A DNA stretch of 63,696 nucleotides, counting the filler, from Squatina squatina (lineage: Eukaryota), in the NCBI GenBank assembly GCA_031763465.1. It is 4 parts of 4 records of this genome, joined end to end, with 100 filler letters (N's around TTAATTAATTAA, not from the genome) between each part and the next. Parts side by side here need not be neighbours in the genome. Positions count along the whole stretch, not along the records: positions 51,209 to 63,696 come from JARFOE010000194.1; 3 more parts are not named here. One strand, 5' to 3'. This document shows positions 63,462-63,696 of the stretch, piece by piece (within the stretch, counting starts at the first letter, position 1; each line of letters begins with the position of its first letter). The notes under the pieces were generated by a model. The model saw nothing but the letters and a program-made list of their open reading frames with translations. It had not been told where the DNA came from and did not search any database. The translations under genes were made by a program, and so were the position numbers.

Positions 63462-63696
63462 GACCTCCTTCCACCCCTCGAAATGTCATTTTCAACATTA
63501 ATGACTCATCGCTAATCCTTGAGTGGAGTCCACCAGACGATACAGGGGGGCGGAAAGATCTTACCTACAATGTCATCTGTAAGATGTGTGGCTTAGGCCC
63601 CAAGAGGTGCTCGCTCTGTGGAGGGGGGATGCGTTTTTTACCTCGCAACACAGGCCTGACAAATACCTCAGTGACTGTCGTTGACTTTCTTGCCCA
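63462..63696 (+). CDS. EPHA6: EPHA6 exon, first fibronectin type III repeat, truncated by window end
   Basis: atatccccag|GA CCT CCT; encodes PPSTPRNVIFNINDSSLILEWSPPDDTGGRKDLTYNVICKMCGLGPKRCSLCGGGMRFLPRNTGLTNTSVTVVDFLA; in phase with the 57838 exon (A|GA = Arg). Confidence 0.92.

Overview
Eukaryotic vertebrate DNA, almost certainly from a cartilaginous fish (shark-type SINE, CR1 and Penelope repeats). It is not one locus. Three synthetic N44-TTAATTAATTAA-N44 linkers split it into four highly gapped scaffolds. (1) 1-15161: three BCAS3 exons (+). (2) 15262-38364: a CUB-domain exon, a RAD51 exon and PTPRZ1 exons, all +, probably chimeric. (3) 38465-51108: one LIN28B exon (-). (4) 51209-end: two EPHA6 exons (+). 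The rest is intronic or intergenic DNA with CR1 and L2 LINE pieces, DeuSINE (SacSINE1-like), LF-SINE-like and AmnSINE2-like SINEs, hAT MITEs, a Gypsy 3' end with LTR, a Harbinger transposase relic and Penelope-like terminal repeats. There is no CRISPR array, operon or complete novel gene. Best leads: a near-intact minimal hammerhead ribozyme in a Penelope-like repeat, a 67-bp satellite that appears to derive from an LF-SINE-like segment, and a cryptic 13-aa repeat in the PTPRZ1 glycosaminoglycan exon. Gene and repeat names come from recalled sequences, not database searches. Repeat boundaries are approximate.
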